DNA of 64,000 bases. Origin: a phage. Location of the stretch: the sequence record PZ019086.1; one strand, written 5' to 3'. Made by a program: the position numbers and the translations under genes. Below are positions 1 through 13,943 of this stretch, piece by piece. The notes beneath the pieces were generated by a model, which worked only from the letters and a program-made list of their open reading frames with translations, did not search any database and was not told where the DNA came from. How positions within the stretch are numbered: the first letter of the stretch is position 1; every line of letters begins with the position of its first letter.

Positions 1-2314
<2,314 letters not shown>

Positions 2315-2342
2315 TATTAAAGCATATTAAAGAGGATTAAAA

Positions 2343-4322
2343 ATGACTTTATTATCTCCGGGCATTGAGCTCAAAGAAACTACGGTTCAAAGCACCGTGG
2401 TTAATAACTCTACTGGTACAGCAGCTTTGGCCGGTAAATTCCAGTGGGGTCCTGCTTTTCAAATCAAACAGGTTACAAATGAAGTAGATTTAGTTAATAC
2501 TTTTGGTCAACCTACAGCTGAAACTGCTGATTATTTTATGTCTGCAATGAATTTCTTACAATATGGAAATGATTTGCGAGTTGTGCGTGCTGTCGATAGA
2601 GATACCGCTAAAAACTCATCTCCGATTGCTGGTAATATTGAATACACTATTTCTACCCCAGGTAGTAACTACGCGGTTGGAGATAAGATCACAGTTAAGT
2701 ATGTTTCAGAAGACATTGAAACGGAAGGTAAAATTACCGAAGTAGATGCTGATGGAAAAATTAAGAAAATTAATATTCCTACTGCAAAAATTATCGCTAA
2801 AGCGAAAGAAGTCGGTGAATACCCAGAACTAGGTTCTAACTGGACCGCGGAAATTTCTTCGTCTTCATCTGGTTTAGCTGCAGTAATAACTCTTGGAAAA
2901 ATTATTACTGATTCTGGTATTTTATTAGCTGAAATTGAAAATGCCGAAGCTGCTATGACAGCGGTTGAATTTCAAACAAATCTCGAAAAATATGGAATTC
3001 CAGGAGTAGTAGCTCTTTATCCAGGCGAGTTGGGCGATAAAATCGAAATTGAAATCGTATCTAAAGCTGACTACGCAAAAGGTGCTTCTGCATTACTTCC
3101 AATTTATCCAGGCGGCGGCACACGCGCATCTACTGCCAAAGCAGTGTTTGGATATGGACCACAAACTGATTCGCAATACGCTATTATAGTTCGTCGTAAT
3201 GATGCTATTATTCAAAGCGTTGTTCTTTCAACAAAGCGTGGTGAAAAAGATATTTACGATAGTAACATCTACATTGATGACTTTTTCGCAAAAGGTGGTT
3301 CAGAATATATTTTTGCAACTGCACAAAACTGGCCAGAAGGCTTCTCTGGAATTTTAACTCTGTCTGGTGGATTATCATCAAATGCTGAAGTAACAGCAGG
3401 AGATTTGATGGAAGCTTGGGACTTCTTTGCTGACCGTGAATCTGTTGACGTTCAGTTGTTTATTGCGGGTTCTTGCGCCGGCGAATCTTTAGAAACAGCA
3501 TCTACTGTCCAAAAACACGTCGTTTCAATTGGTGATGCTCGCCAAGATTGCTTAGTACTGTGCTCACCACCGCGTGAAACTGTAGTTGGAATTCCTGTAA
3601 CTCGTGCTGTTGATAACTTAGTCAATTGGAGAACTGCAGCAGGTTCATACACTGATAATAACTTTAATATCAGTTCAACCTACGCAGCAATTGATGGTAA
3701 CTACAAGTATCAGTACGACAAATATAATGATGTGAATCGTTGGGTTCCATTAGCAGCTGATATTGCTGGTTTGTGTGCAAGAACTGATAACGTTTCTCAG
3801 ACTTGGATGTCTCCAGCCGGTTATAATCGTGGCCAAATTTTGAACGTTATTAAACTTGCTATTGAAACTCGCCAGGCGCAGCGCGACCGTTTATATCAAG
3901 AAGCTATCAACCCAGTAACTGGTACAGGTGGTGATGGTTACGTATTGTATGGTGATAAAACAGCTACTTCTGTTCCTTCTCCATTTGATCGTATTAACGT
4001 TCGTCGTCTGTTTAATATGTTGAAAACGAATATCGGACGTAGTTCAAAATATCGTTTGTTCGAATTAAACAACGCGTTTACTCGTTCATCATTCCGCACA
4101 GAAACTTCCCAGTACTTGCAGGGAATTAAAGCTCTCGGTGGAATTTATGAATATCGTGTAGTTTGCGATACAACAAATAACACTCCGTCAGTAATTGATA
4201 GAAATGAGTTTGTTGCAACATTCTACATCCAACCGGCGCGCAGTATAAATTATATTACTTTGAATTTCGTCGCAACTGCTACTGGTGCAGATTTCGATGA
4301 GTTAACTGGTCTTGCAGGTTAA
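2343..4322 (+). CDS. 18: Tail sheath protein (gp18), 659 aa
   Basis: 659 aa ORF, same length as T4 gp18; position after terminase. Confidence 0.96.
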   Translation: MTLLSPGIELKETTVQSTVVNNSTGTAALAGKFQWGPAFQIKQVTNEVDLVNTFGQPTAETADYFMSAMNFLQYGNDLRVVRAVDRDTAKNSSPIAGNIEYTISTPGSNYAVGDKITVKYVSEDIETEGKITEVDADGKIKKINIPTAKIIAKAKEVGEYPELGSNWTAEISSSSSGLAAVITLGKIITDSGILLAEIENAEAAMTAVEFQTNLEKYGIPGVVALYPGELGDKIEIEIVSKADYAKGASALLPIYPGGGTRASTAKAVFGYGPQTDSQYAIIVRRNDAIIQSVVLSTKRGEKDIYDSNIYIDDFFAKGGSEYIFATAQNWPEGFSGILTLSGGLSSNAEVTAGDLMEAWDFFADRESVDVQLFIAGSCAGESLETASTVQKHVVSIGDARQDCLVLCSPPRETVVGIPVTRAVDNLVNWRTAAGSYTDNNFNISSTYAAIDGNYKYQYDKYNDVNRWVPLAADIAGLCARTDNVSQTWMSPAGYNRGQILNVIKLAIETRQAQRDRLYQEAINPVTGTGGDGYVLYGDKTATSVPSPFDRINVRRLFNMLKTNIGRSSKYRLFELNNAFTRSSFRTETSQYLQGIKALGGIYEYRVVCDTTNNTPSVIDRNEFVATFYIQPARSINYITLNFVATATGADFDELTGLAG

Positions 4323-4979
4323 TTGATTATGGGGCTTCGGCCCCTATTCTCGAGGAAACAAGTGATTATTTCTAAGTTTGTTAAAGTGAAAATTGTACCA
4401 TCAAATTTTAAACATTATCAATCAAAGGGTTATAAATTAACACCTCTTGGAGCGGTTAAACATGGATTTAGGTATTATGAAATTGATGTTAAAGTTGAAG
4501 ACATTAAAGGTAATACCGCGTATGTAAAATGCCGTTGCGATAAATGTGGAATTGAATATAACCAACGCATTGGAAGAAACACTGATATTTGTCGTGATTG
4601 CCGTCATAAAGATAAAATGCGCAATAATTCATATGGTTCCGCGAATAAAGGAAAAACAGTAGAATGTATGCATGGCGTAAATCATCCAAGATGGAACCCA
4701 AATAAATCTGAAATGCGTGAATATATTTCATTGGTATATAAAGAAACTCGTAAGCATAAGAAAATTTGGTCAAAATGGCCAAATGCTGATAAAATAGGAG
4801 TGTGCGGTACAAAAGGTGCTTACCAACTTGATCATAAAGTATCTATCAAATACGGTTTTGATAATTTAATTCCTGCTGAAATAATTGGCGGTATTAATAA
4901 TTTAGAAATAATCACTTGGGAATCTAACCGAGAAAAATCAAAAAGAAATAGTGTAGATCTTTGGGATTTACTAGAATGA
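4323..4979 (+). CDS. Free-standing HNH-family homing endonuclease-like protein (start uncertain; in-frame GTG at 4362 preceded by AGGAAA)
   Basis: C-terminal HNH-like motif (YQLDHK ... NNLEIITWESNREK) and Cys-rich CRCDKCG ... CRDCRHK segment; sits between sheath and tube genes; ORF-track start is TTG and overlaps a GGGGC-TTCG-GCCCC hairpin. Confidence 0.7.
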   Translation: MIMGLRPLFSRKQVIISKFVKVKIVPSNFKHYQSKGYKLTPLGAVKHGFRYYEIDVKVEDIKGNTAYVKCRCDKCGIEYNQRIGRNTDICRDCRHKDKMRNNSYGSANKGKTVECMHGVNHPRWNPNKSEMREYISLVYKETRKHKKIWSKWPNADKIGVCGTKGAYQLDHKVSIKYGFDNLIPAEIIGGINNLEIITWESNREKSKRNSVDLWDLLE

Positions 4980-5005
4980 TTCTAAAGGCCTGTTTCGGCA
5001 GGCCA

Positions 5006-5013
5006 TATAAATA
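5006..5013 (+). promoter_or_regulatory. Late promoter-like TATAAATA (distal) upstream of gene 19
   Basis: Exact TATAAATA in the 18/19 intergenic region. Confidence 0.5.
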
Positions 5014-5064
5014 CACTATATCCTTAATTCTTTAATTCTATATGCCCTAGGTTAAACATAGGGA

Positions 5065-5072
5065 TATAAATA
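5065..5072 (+). promoter_or_regulatory. Late promoter TATAAATA (proximal) upstream of gene 19
   Basis: Exact TATAAATA about 15 nt upstream of gene 19 start, followed by AGAGG RBS. Confidence 0.65.
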
Positions 5073-5086
5073 CTACAGAGGCTAAT

Positions 5087-5578
5087 ATGTTTGTAGATGA
5101 TGTAACACGAGCGTTTGAATCTGGTGATTTTGCTCGACCTAACTTATTCCAAGTAGAAATTTCTTATCTTGGACAAAATTTTACGTTTCAATGCAAAGCC
5201 ACTGCTTTACCAGCTGGTATTGTAGAAAAAATTCCAGTCGGATTTATGAACCGTAAAATTAACGTAGCAGGCGATCGTACATTTGATGACTGGACTGTTA
5301 CAGTAATGAACGATGAGGCACATGATGCTCGCCAGAAGTTTGTTGATTGGCAAAGCATTGCTGCTGGGCAAGGGAACGAAATTACTGGTGGAAAACCAGC
5401 AGAGTATAAAAAGAGCGCTATTGTTCGCCAATATGCTCGTGACGCTAAAACTGTAACAAAAGAAGTCGAAATTAAAGGCCTGTGGCCTACTAACGTGGGT
5501 GAACTTCAATTAGATTGGGATTCAAACAATGAAATCCAAACATTTGAAGTAACTCTTGCTCTCGATTATTGGGAATAA
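5087..5578 (+). CDS. 19: Tail tube protein (gp19), 163 aa
   Basis: 163 aa ORF matching T4 gp19 length and N-terminus MFVDDVTRAFESGDF. Confidence 0.95.
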   Translation: MFVDDVTRAFESGDFARPNLFQVEISYLGQNFTFQCKATALPAGIVEKIPVGFMNRKINVAGDRTFDDWTVTVMNDEAHDARQKFVDWQSIAAGQGNEITGGKPAEYKKSAIVRQYARDAKTVTKEVEIKGLWPTNVGELQLDWDSNNEIQTFEVTLALDYWE

Positions 5579-5610
5579 AATGAATGGGGAGAAATCCCCA
5601 TCCTGCTTAA

Positions 5611-7235
<1,625 letters not shown>

Positions 7236-7236
<1 letters not shown>

Positions 7237-7472
7237 TGGAAGGTTTAATTGAAGCTATTAAATCAAACGACCTCGTAGCCGCTCGTAAATTATTTGCTGA
7301 AGCCATGGCTGCAAGAACGATTGATTTAATTAAAGAAGAAAAAATCGCTATCGCTCGTAATTTCTTAATCGAAGGTGAAGAACCTGATGATGAGGATGAC
7401 GAAGACGAAGATGGTGATGATAAAAAAGACAAAGACTCTGACGAAGATGACGAAGACGAGGATGATGAATAA
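7236..7472 (+). CDS. 67: Prohead core protein gp67 with acidic D/E-rich C-terminus
   Basis: 78 aa ORF with start overlapping gene 20 stop; D/E-rich tail as I recall for T4 gp67. Confidence 0.88.
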
Positions 7473-7897
7473 TGCTTCTGATCCCTGAAACTCATGAATT
7501 AGTTCTCGAGAATGTCGAAGCACTTATTCCTGAAGCACAGGGTCGCTTTGACGAATTGTCTTCTGCTTTAAATAAAGACGATATAAATACAATTGTCGAG
7601 AATATGCTTGATGATGAAACTGATTTAGCAATTGCATTAGCTTCTATTAATGAAGATATGCCGCTAAATGAATTCATCGTTAAACATGTTTCTGCTCGTG
7701 GTGAAATTACACGTACTAAAGACCGCAAGACGCGTGAACGTAATGCATTTCAAACCACCGGGCTGTCTAAAGCAAAACGTAGACAAATTGCTCGTAAAGC
7801 TACCAAAACGAAGATTGCCAATCCAGCAGGTCAATCTCGTGCTCAGCGTAAGCGTAAAAAAGCTCTTAAACGCCGTAAAGCATTAGGATTAAGCTAA
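7472..7897 (+). CDS. 68: Prohead core protein gp68, 141 aa
   Basis: 141 aa ORF, coupled start/stop overlaps with 67 and 21; synteny. Confidence 0.88.
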   Translation: MLLIPETHELVLENVEALIPEAQGRFDELSSALNKDDINTIVENMLDDETDLAIALASINEDMPLNEFIVKHVSARGEITRTKDRKTRERNAFQTTGLSKAKRRQIARKATKTKIANPAGQSRAQRKRKKALKRRKALGLS

Positions 7898-8535
7898 TGA
7901 ATGAACCCCAATTACTAATTGAAACTTGGGGTCAACCTGGCGAAATTATTGATGGCGTGCCAATGCTTGAATCTCATGATGGAAAAGACCTCGGTTTAAA
8001 ACCTGGTTTATACATCGAAGGAATATTCATGCAAGCGGAAGTCGTCAATAGAAATAAACGTCTTTATCCAAAACGCATATTAGAAAAAGCGGTAAAAGAC
8101 TATATCAATGAGCAAGTTTTAACTAAACAAGCTCTCGGAGAATTAAATCATCCTCCACGCGCTAATGTTGACCCGATGCAAGCCGCTATCATTATAGAAG
8201 ATATGTGGTGGAAAGGAAATGACGTATACGGACGAGCTCGTGTTATTGAAGGTGACCATGGTCCTGGAGATAAATTAGCAGCTAATATTCGTGCCGGATG
8301 GATTCCAGGAGTTTCTTCTCGTGGATTAGGTTCATTGACTGACACAAATAAAGGTTATCGTATCGTAAACGAAGGATTCAAATTAACTGTAGGTGTTGAT
8401 GCAGTATGGGGTCCAAGTGCTCCAGATGCATGGGTAACTCCTAAGGAAATTACCGAATCACAGACGGCGGAAGCCGATACAAGTGCCGATGACGCCTATA
8501 TGGCTCTCGCAGAGGCCATGAAAAAAGCGTTATAA
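7897..8535 (+). CDS. 21: Prohead core scaffold protein and protease (gp21), 212 aa
   Basis: 212 aa as T4 gp21; position between 68 and 22. Confidence 0.94.
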   Translation: MNEPQLLIETWGQPGEIIDGVPMLESHDGKDLGLKPGLYIEGIFMQAEVVNRNKRLYPKRILEKAVKDYINEQVLTKQALGELNHPPRANVDPMQAAIIIEDMWWKGNDVYGRARVIEGDHGPGDKLAANIRAGWIPGVSSRGLGSLTDTNKGYRIVNEGFKLTVGVDAVWGPSAPDAWVTPKEITESQTAEADTSADDAYMALAEAMKKAL

Positions 8536-8538
8536 ATA
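8531..8538 (+). promoter_or_regulatory. Late promoter TATAAATA upstream of gene 22
   Basis: Exact TATAAATA about 28 nt upstream of gene 22 ATG. Confidence 0.65.
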
Positions 8539-8565
8539 TTATTATCTAAACAACAGGACTACAAA

Positions 8566-9375
8566 ATGCTTAAAGAACAACTGATTGCTGAAGCGCAAAA
8601 AATTGATGCTTCCGTTGCTCTTGATAGTATTTTCGAATCAGTTAATATTTCTCCGGAAGCAAAAGAAACTTTCGGCACTGTATTCGAAGCTACCGTCAAG
8701 CAGCACGCCGTTAAATTAGCTGAATCTCATATCGCTAAAATTGCTGAAAAAGCAGAAGAAGAAGTAGAAAAAAATAAAGAAGAAGCCGAAGAAAAAGCTG
8801 AGAAGAAAATCGCTGAGCAAGCTTCTAAATTCATCGACCATCTTGCGAAAGAATGGCTCGCTGAAAATAAATTAGCAGTTGATAAAGGCATCAAAGCCGA
8901 ACTGTTTGAATCCATGCTCGGTGGATTAAAAGAGCTCTTTGTTGAACACAACGTTGTTGTTCCAGAAGAATCAGTTGATGTTGTAGCTGAAATGGAAGAA
9001 GAGCTGCAAGAACATAAAGAAGAATCAGCTCGTCTGTTCGAAGAACTCAATAAGCGTGACGCATATATCAATTATGTGCAGCGTGAAGTGGCATTGAGCG
9101 AAAGTACTAAAGATCTGACTGAGTCTCAAAAAGAAAAAGTCTCTGCTCTGGTCGAAGGTATGGATTATTCAGATGAATTCTCAAGTAAATTGAGTGCCAT
9201 CGTAGAAATGGTGAAGAAGTCTAATAAAGATGAAAGCACTATTACTGAGGGTATAAATACTCCTGATACTGAAGCAGCCGGACTGAATTTCGTCACTGAA
9301 GCTGTAGAAGATAAAACTGCACCTGGTGCAGAAGATATTGTAAGTGTATATGCGAAAGTCGCATCTCGTTTCTAA
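8566..9375 (+). CDS. 22: Prohead core scaffold protein (gp22), 269 aa
   Basis: 269 aa acidic ORF; T4 gp22 length and position. Confidence 0.93.
   Translation: MLKEQLIAEAQKIDASVALDSIFESVNISPEAKETFGTVFEATVKQHAVKLAESHIAKIAEKAEEEVEKNKEEAEEKAEKKIAEQASKFIDHLAKEWLAENKLAVDKGIKAELFESMLGGLKELFVEHNVVVPEESVDVVAEMEEELQEHKEESARLFEELNKRDAYINYVQREVALSESTKDLTESQKEKVSALVEGMDYSDEFSSKLSAIVEMVKKSNKDESTITEGINTPDTEAAGLNFVTEAVEDKTAPGAEDIVSVYAKVASRF
9252..9259 (+). promoter_or_regulatory. Candidate late promoter TATAAATA for gene 23, inside gene 22
   Basis: Exact TATAAATA about 135 nt upstream of gene 23 start. Confidence 0.45.
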
Positions 9376-9393
9376 TTTTAAAGGTTAACACAA

Positions 9394-10959
9394 ATGACTA
9401 TCAAAACTAAAGCTGAACTTTTGAACAAATGGAAGCCATTACTGGAAGGTGAAGGTTTACCGGAAATTGCTAATAGCAAACAAGCGATTATCGCTAAAAT
9501 CTTTGAAAACCAGGAAAAAGATTTCCAGACAGCTCCAGAGTACAAAGACGAAAAAATCGCTCAGGCGTTCGGTTCTTTCTTAACAGAAGCTGAAATCGGT
9601 GGTGACCACGGTTACAACGCTACTAACATCGCTGCTGGTCAGACTTCTGGCGCAGTAACTCAGATTGGCCCAGCTGTTATGGGTATGGTACGTCGTGCTA
9701 TTCCTAACCTGATTGCTTTCGATATTTGCGGTGTTCAGCCGATGAACAGCCCGACCGGTCAGGTATTCGCACTGCGCGCAGTATATGGTAAAGACCCAAT
9801 CGCTGCCGGTGCTAAAGAAGCATTCCACCCAATGTATGGTCCAGATGCAATGTTCTCTGGTCAGGGTGCTGCTAAGAAATTCCCAGCTCTGGCTGCTAGC
9901 ACACAAACTACAGCAGGTGATATCTATACTCACTTCTTCCAGGACACTGGTACTGTGTATCTGCAGGCTTCTGCTCAAGTAACAATTAGTGCAAGCGCAA
10001 CCGATGCAGCTAAATTAGATGCTGAAATTAAAAAACAAATGGAAGCTGGTGTACTGGTAGAAATCGCTGAAGGTATGGCTACTTCTATCGCTGAACTTCA
10101 GGAAGGTTTCAACGGTTCTACCGATAACCCATGGAATGAAATGGGCTTCCGTATCGATAAACAAGTTATCGAAGCTAAATCTCGCCAGCTGAAAGCTGCT
10201 TACTCTATCGAATTAGCACAAGACCTCCGCGCTGTTCACGGTATGGATGCTGATGCTGAACTGTCTGGTATTCTGGCTACCGAAATCATGCTGGAAATCA
10301 ACCGTGAAGTTGTTGATTGGATTAACTACTCAGCTCAGGTTGGTAAATCTGGTATGACCCTGACTCCGGGTTCTAAAGCTGGTGTATTTGACTTCCAGGA
10401 TCCGATTGATATTCGTGGTGCTCGCTGGGCGGGTGAATCCTTTAAAGCTCTGTTGTTCCAGATTGACAAAGAAGCAGTTGAAATTGCTCGTCAGACCGGT
10501 CGTGGTGAAGGTAACTTCATTATCGCTTCCCGTAACGTAGTTAACGTTCTGGCTTCAGTTGATACTGGCATTTCTTATGCTGCACAGGGTCTGGCTACCG
10601 GCTTTAACACTGATACTACCAAGTCAGTATTTGCTGGTGTTCTGGGTGGTAAATACCGTGTATATATCGACCAGTATGCTAAACAGGATTATTTCACTGT
10701 AGGTTATAAAGGTCCGAACGAAATGGATGCTGGTATTTACTACGCTCCATATGTAGCTCTGACTCCGCTGCGTGGTTCCGATCCGAAGAACTTCCAACCA
10801 GTAATGGGATTCAAAACTCGTTACGGTATCGGTATCAACCCATTTGCAGAATCCGCTGCTCAGGCTCCGGCTTCTCGCATCCAGAGCGGTATGCCTTCTA
10901 TTCTGAATAGCCTTGGTAAAAACGCTTACTTCCGCCGCGTATATGTTAAAGGTATCTAA
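9394..10959 (+). CDS. 23: Major capsid protein (gp23), 521 aa
   Basis: Near-identical to remembered T4 gp23 (MTIKTKAELLNKWKPLLEGEGLPEIANSKQAIIAKIFENQEKDF...); strongest codon bias in the window. Confidence 0.98.
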   Translation: MTIKTKAELLNKWKPLLEGEGLPEIANSKQAIIAKIFENQEKDFQTAPEYKDEKIAQAFGSFLTEAEIGGDHGYNATNIAAGQTSGAVTQIGPAVMGMVRRAIPNLIAFDICGVQPMNSPTGQVFALRAVYGKDPIAAGAKEAFHPMYGPDAMFSGQGAAKKFPALAASTQTTAGDIYTHFFQDTGTVYLQASAQVTISASATDAAKLDAEIKKQMEAGVLVEIAEGMATSIAELQEGFNGSTDNPWNEMGFRIDKQVIEAKSRQLKAAYSIELAQDLRAVHGMDADAELSGILATEIMLEINREVVDWINYSAQVGKSGMTLTPGSKAGVFDFQDPIDIRGARWAGESFKALLFQIDKEAVEIARQTGRGEGNFIIASRNVVNVLASVDTGISYAAQGLATGFNTDTTKSVFAGVLGGKYRVYIDQYAKQDYFTVGYKGPNEMDAGIYYAPYVALTPLRGSDPKNFQPVMGFKTRYGIGINPFAESAAQAPASRIQSGMPSILNSLGKNAYFRRVYVKGI

Positions 10960-10974
10960 TCTTTGACGATTTAA

Positions 10975-11004
10975 GGGACCTTCGGGTCCCTTTAGTTGTT
11001 TTTA
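10975..11004 (+). terminator. Rho-independent terminator after gene 23
   Basis: GGGACC-TTCG-GGTCCC hairpin followed by TTTAGTTGTTTTTA. Confidence 0.75.
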
Positions 11005-11007
11005 TGG

Positions 11008-11015
11008 TATAAATA
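11008..11015 (+). promoter_or_regulatory. Late promoter TATAAATA upstream of gene 24
   Basis: Exact TATAAATA about 28 nt upstream of gene 24 ATG, just after the gene 23 terminator. Confidence 0.65.
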
Positions 11016-11042
11016 AATCATATAAACCAAAAGGAAAGCGCA

Positions 11043-12326
11043 ATGGCTAAAATCAACGAACTTCTGCGCGAATCAACCACAACGAATAGCAACTCAATCG
11101 GTCGCCCAAATCTCGTTGCTTTGACTCGCGCTACCACTAAATTAATATATTCTGACATTGTAGCAACGCAAAGAACTAATCAACCTGTTGCTGCTTTTTA
11201 TGGTATCAAATACCTTAACCCAGATAACGAATTTACATTTAAAACTGGTGCTACTTACGCTGGCGAAGCTGGGTATGTAGACCGAGAACAAATCACAGAA
11301 TTAACAGAAGAGTCTAAATTAACTCTCAATAAAGGCGATTTATTCAAATATAATAATATCGTTTATAAAGTATTAGAAGATACACCATTTGTTGATATTG
11401 AAGAAAGCGATTTAGAATTAGCTCTTCAGATTGCAATTGTTCTTTTAAAGGTTCGTCTATTTTCTGATGCTGCAGTAACAAGCAAATTTGAAAGCTCTGA
11501 TAGTGAAATTGCGGATGCTAGATTCCAGATTAATAAATGGCAAACCGCGGTTAAATCTCGTAAACTTAAAACTGGCATCACAGTTGAATTAGCACAAGAT
11601 TTAGAAGCAAACGGATTCGATGCTCCTAATTTCTTGGAAGATTTGCTTGCAACTGAAATGGCGGATGAAATCAATAAAGATATTCTGCAGTCTTTGATTA
11701 CAGTATCAAAACGCTATAAAGTTACAGGAATTACTGATACTGGATTCATTGATTTGAGTTATGCATCTGCACCTGAAGCTGGTCGTTCATTATACCGAAT
11801 GGTATGTGAAATGGTTTCGCATATCCAAAAAGAATCAACTTATACTGCAACGTTCTGTGTTGCTTCAGCTCGTGCCGCTGCGATTCTTGCTGCATCAGGT
11901 TGGTTAAAACATAAACCAGAAGATGATAAATATCTTTCACAAAATGCCTATGGGTTCTTAGCTAATGGTTTACCGCTTTATTGCGATACTAACAGCCCAT
12001 TAGATTATGTAATCGTTGGTGTAGTAGAAAATATTGGTGAAAAAGAAATTGTTGGATCAATTTTCTATGCTCCGTATACAGAAGGTCTTGACTTAGATGA
12101 CCCTGAACATGTAGGTGCATTTAAAGTTGTAGTTGATCCAGAAAGTTTGCAGCCATCTATCGGTTTATTGGTTAGATATGCTTTATCTGCAAATCCTTAT
12201 ACTGTAGCAAAAGATGAAAAAGAAGCAAGAATAATTGATGGTGGAGACATGGATAAAATGGCGGGTCGTTCAGATTTGTCTGTTTTATTAGGTGTTAAGC
12301 TACCAAAAATTATCGTCGATGAATAA
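11043..12326 (+). CDS. 24: Capsid vertex protein (gp24), 427 aa
   Basis: 427 aa, paralogous to gp23, as in T4. Confidence 0.95.
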   Translation: MAKINELLRESTTTNSNSIGRPNLVALTRATTKLIYSDIVATQRTNQPVAAFYGIKYLNPDNEFTFKTGATYAGEAGYVDREQITELTEESKLTLNKGDLFKYNNIVYKVLEDTPFVDIEESDLELALQIAIVLLKVRLFSDAAVTSKFESSDSEIADARFQINKWQTAVKSRKLKTGITVELAQDLEANGFDAPNFLEDLLATEMADEINKDILQSLITVSKRYKVTGITDTGFIDLSYASAPEAGRSLYRMVCEMVSHIQKESTYTATFCVASARAAAILAASGWLKHKPEDDKYLSQNAYGFLANGLPLYCDTNSPLDYVIVGVVENIGEKEIVGSIFYAPYTEGLDLDDPEHVGAFKVVVDPESLQPSIGLLVRYALSANPYTVAKDEKEARIIDGGDMDKMAGRSDLSVLLGVKLPKIIVDE

Positions 12327-12332
12327 AACAAA

Positions 12333-12357
12333 GGGACCGAAAGGTCCCTTTTTATTT
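12333..12357. terminator. Bidirectional hairpin terminator between convergent genes 24 and rnlB
   Basis: GGGACC-GAAA-GGTCCC stem-loop flanked by T-runs on both strands. Confidence 0.7.
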
Positions 12358-13360
12358 AACTTACCAATTCAATCCAAGCCGGGCGAAGTACATCTTGTAC
12401 CATTTTAACTAATTCCTTTTTAATCAAAGAAGGATTATCCGCTTGAGTTAGAGTAATACCTTCACGAGAAGTTTCTTCCAAAATATCTTGAACAGTTAGT
12501 CCCATCACCTTTCCAAAATCCTTCGGACCAATTTCGCCAATTTTAGAAATAACGTTATTTACTCGGTTCAGTGTAACGTAACAAGCTAAAATTCCCAGCA
12601 ATTTATTATCAGCTTCTGACAGCTCAACTTTAGCTTTAATAGGCTTATCAGACTTTTTCTTTTCACTAAATTTAGAGTTCTTGCATTTAATAGCTACACG
12701 ATTGCCATTAGGCATCCAAGAAGGATAACAAGGTTTCAATACATATCCTTCAGCAGTAAATACTTCGCCTTTTGCTTCGGCATTCCAAACGCATTTATTT
12801 GCATCAACTAATCCAGCATGGTCTACTGTAAAATTATAATCCTGGACGACAGAATCTAAATCATTTGGCAATTTAATAAGTTCTTCAAATTTACCACGAC
12901 CCAAAAGTGGAGCCATTTTAAATTTAAATGTATTACAGAATGATTCCATCATATAATCATCGACATAAGTCACATCACCACTTTCGGTAGTAACAATAAT
13001 GTCAAATACATAAAAATCTTTATCACCATAATCGACATTCTTCTGAATGCCAGGTCCAGCGAATTCGCCAAAGACTTGATAAGATACAACTGCCGAAGTT
13101 TCCATAATATCTTGTACTGCTTTAATGGAATCAGCGTAATTCTTTAGAATAATTTCATACCCAAAGAAATCTTCAGCAGGAAGAATCGGTCCAGTACGTT
13201 TAGCACAAGTTGCTTTATCGCGTTCAATAATCAGTGAGAAATTTGTGCCATGAATCTTTTCACGAGCTACCCATTCGCCGCCAGTCAATCCTAAACTGTA
13301 GAGTTTTTCAATGAATTTAGAATTGTAATGATTTTCAAGACTGCTATACTTTTTAAACAT
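12356..13360 (-). CDS. rnlB: RNA ligase 2 (Rnl2), 334 aa
   Basis: 334 aa; ligase motif I KIHGTN (KxxG); matches remembered T4 Rnl2. Confidence 0.93.
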   Translation of the reverse strand: MFKKYSSLENHYNSKFIEKLYSLGLTGGEWVAREKIHGTNFSLIIERDKATCAKRTGPILPAEDFFGYEIILKNYADSIKAVQDIMETSAVVSYQVFGEFAGPGIQKNVDYGDKDFYVFDIIVTTESGDVTYVDDYMMESFCNTFKFKMAPLLGRGKFEELIKLPNDLDSVVQDYNFTVDHAGLVDANKCVWNAEAKGEVFTAEGYVLKPCYPSWMPNGNRVAIKCKNSKFSEKKKSDKPIKAKVELSEADNKLLGILACYVTLNRVNNVISKIGEIGPKDFGKVMGLTVQDILEETSREGITLTQADNPSLIKKELVKMVQDVLRPAWIELVS

Positions 13361-13369
13361 AATTAATCC

Positions 13370-13648
13370 TCAAAATGTAATTTCTAACCAATCACCATCA
13401 CGCCGATCACTATTGACTTTAAAGCTAAATTCTTCTTTTCTCAGCCAATCACCAATTTCTTCAGTAATCAATTTATCGCGAGCAGTACAATAATAACTAA
13501 AATATGTTTTACCTTGCTCAGCTGCTTTATTAGCAAGTTCCGAAAAATCTTTAATAAAACACTCTAGTTTAAACTGTTTACTTTTAAGTGCTTTTTCGCG
13601 TAATTGATTAGCAAAAGATTCATTTTCATAAAGATCATACTGTTCCAT
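13370..13648 (-). CDS. Hypothetical protein (T4 24.2 position)
   Basis: 92 aa ORF, tight spacing with neighbours on the same strand. Confidence 0.6.
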   Translation of the reverse strand: MEQYDLYENESFANQLREKALKSKQFKLECFIKDFSELANKAAEQGKTYFSYYCTARDKLITEEIGDWLRKEEFSFKVNSDRRDGDWLEITF

Positions 13649-13850
13649 TTTTCACCTTTTTATTAATATGTCTTTTTCTATAGACAACTTTTTCTCGAGT
13701 CTCAAATTTATTTTTAGCAGTCATAGCTCGAGCCCATAATACAGCCACTTCTTTCGCCTGTAAGTTCAATTCACGAGCAATTTCAATGAATGACTTTCCA
13801 GACTCATGGAGTGTAAACACCACAACCTCAGTTCTCATAATCAATCTCAT
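13635..13850 (-). CDS. Hypothetical small protein (T4 24.3 position)
   Basis: 71 aa ORF overlapping the next gene start; no recognised domain. Confidence 0.5.
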   Translation of the reverse strand: MRLIMRTEVVVFTLHESGKSFIEIARELNLQAKEVAVLWARAMTAKNKFETREKVVYRKRHINKKVKNGTV

Positions 13851-13904
13851 GTTATCGAGTTGGTGCCATTATATACATCATTTTCTGAGTGTGTTTTGTG
13901 TGCT

Positions 13905-13933
13905 TTCAAAATGAAGAAAGGGGCCGAAGCCCC
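13905..13933 (-). terminator. Candidate terminator after hoc (minus strand)
   Basis: GGGGC-TTCG-GCCCC hairpin followed on the minus strand by a T-rich run. Confidence 0.55.
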
Positions 13934-13943
13934 TTATGATTGA

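Noticed and set aside
9580-9978. 132-aa minus-strand ORF and 65-aa plus-strand ORF within gene 23
   Set aside because: Shadow ORFs within the most confidently identified gene in the window.
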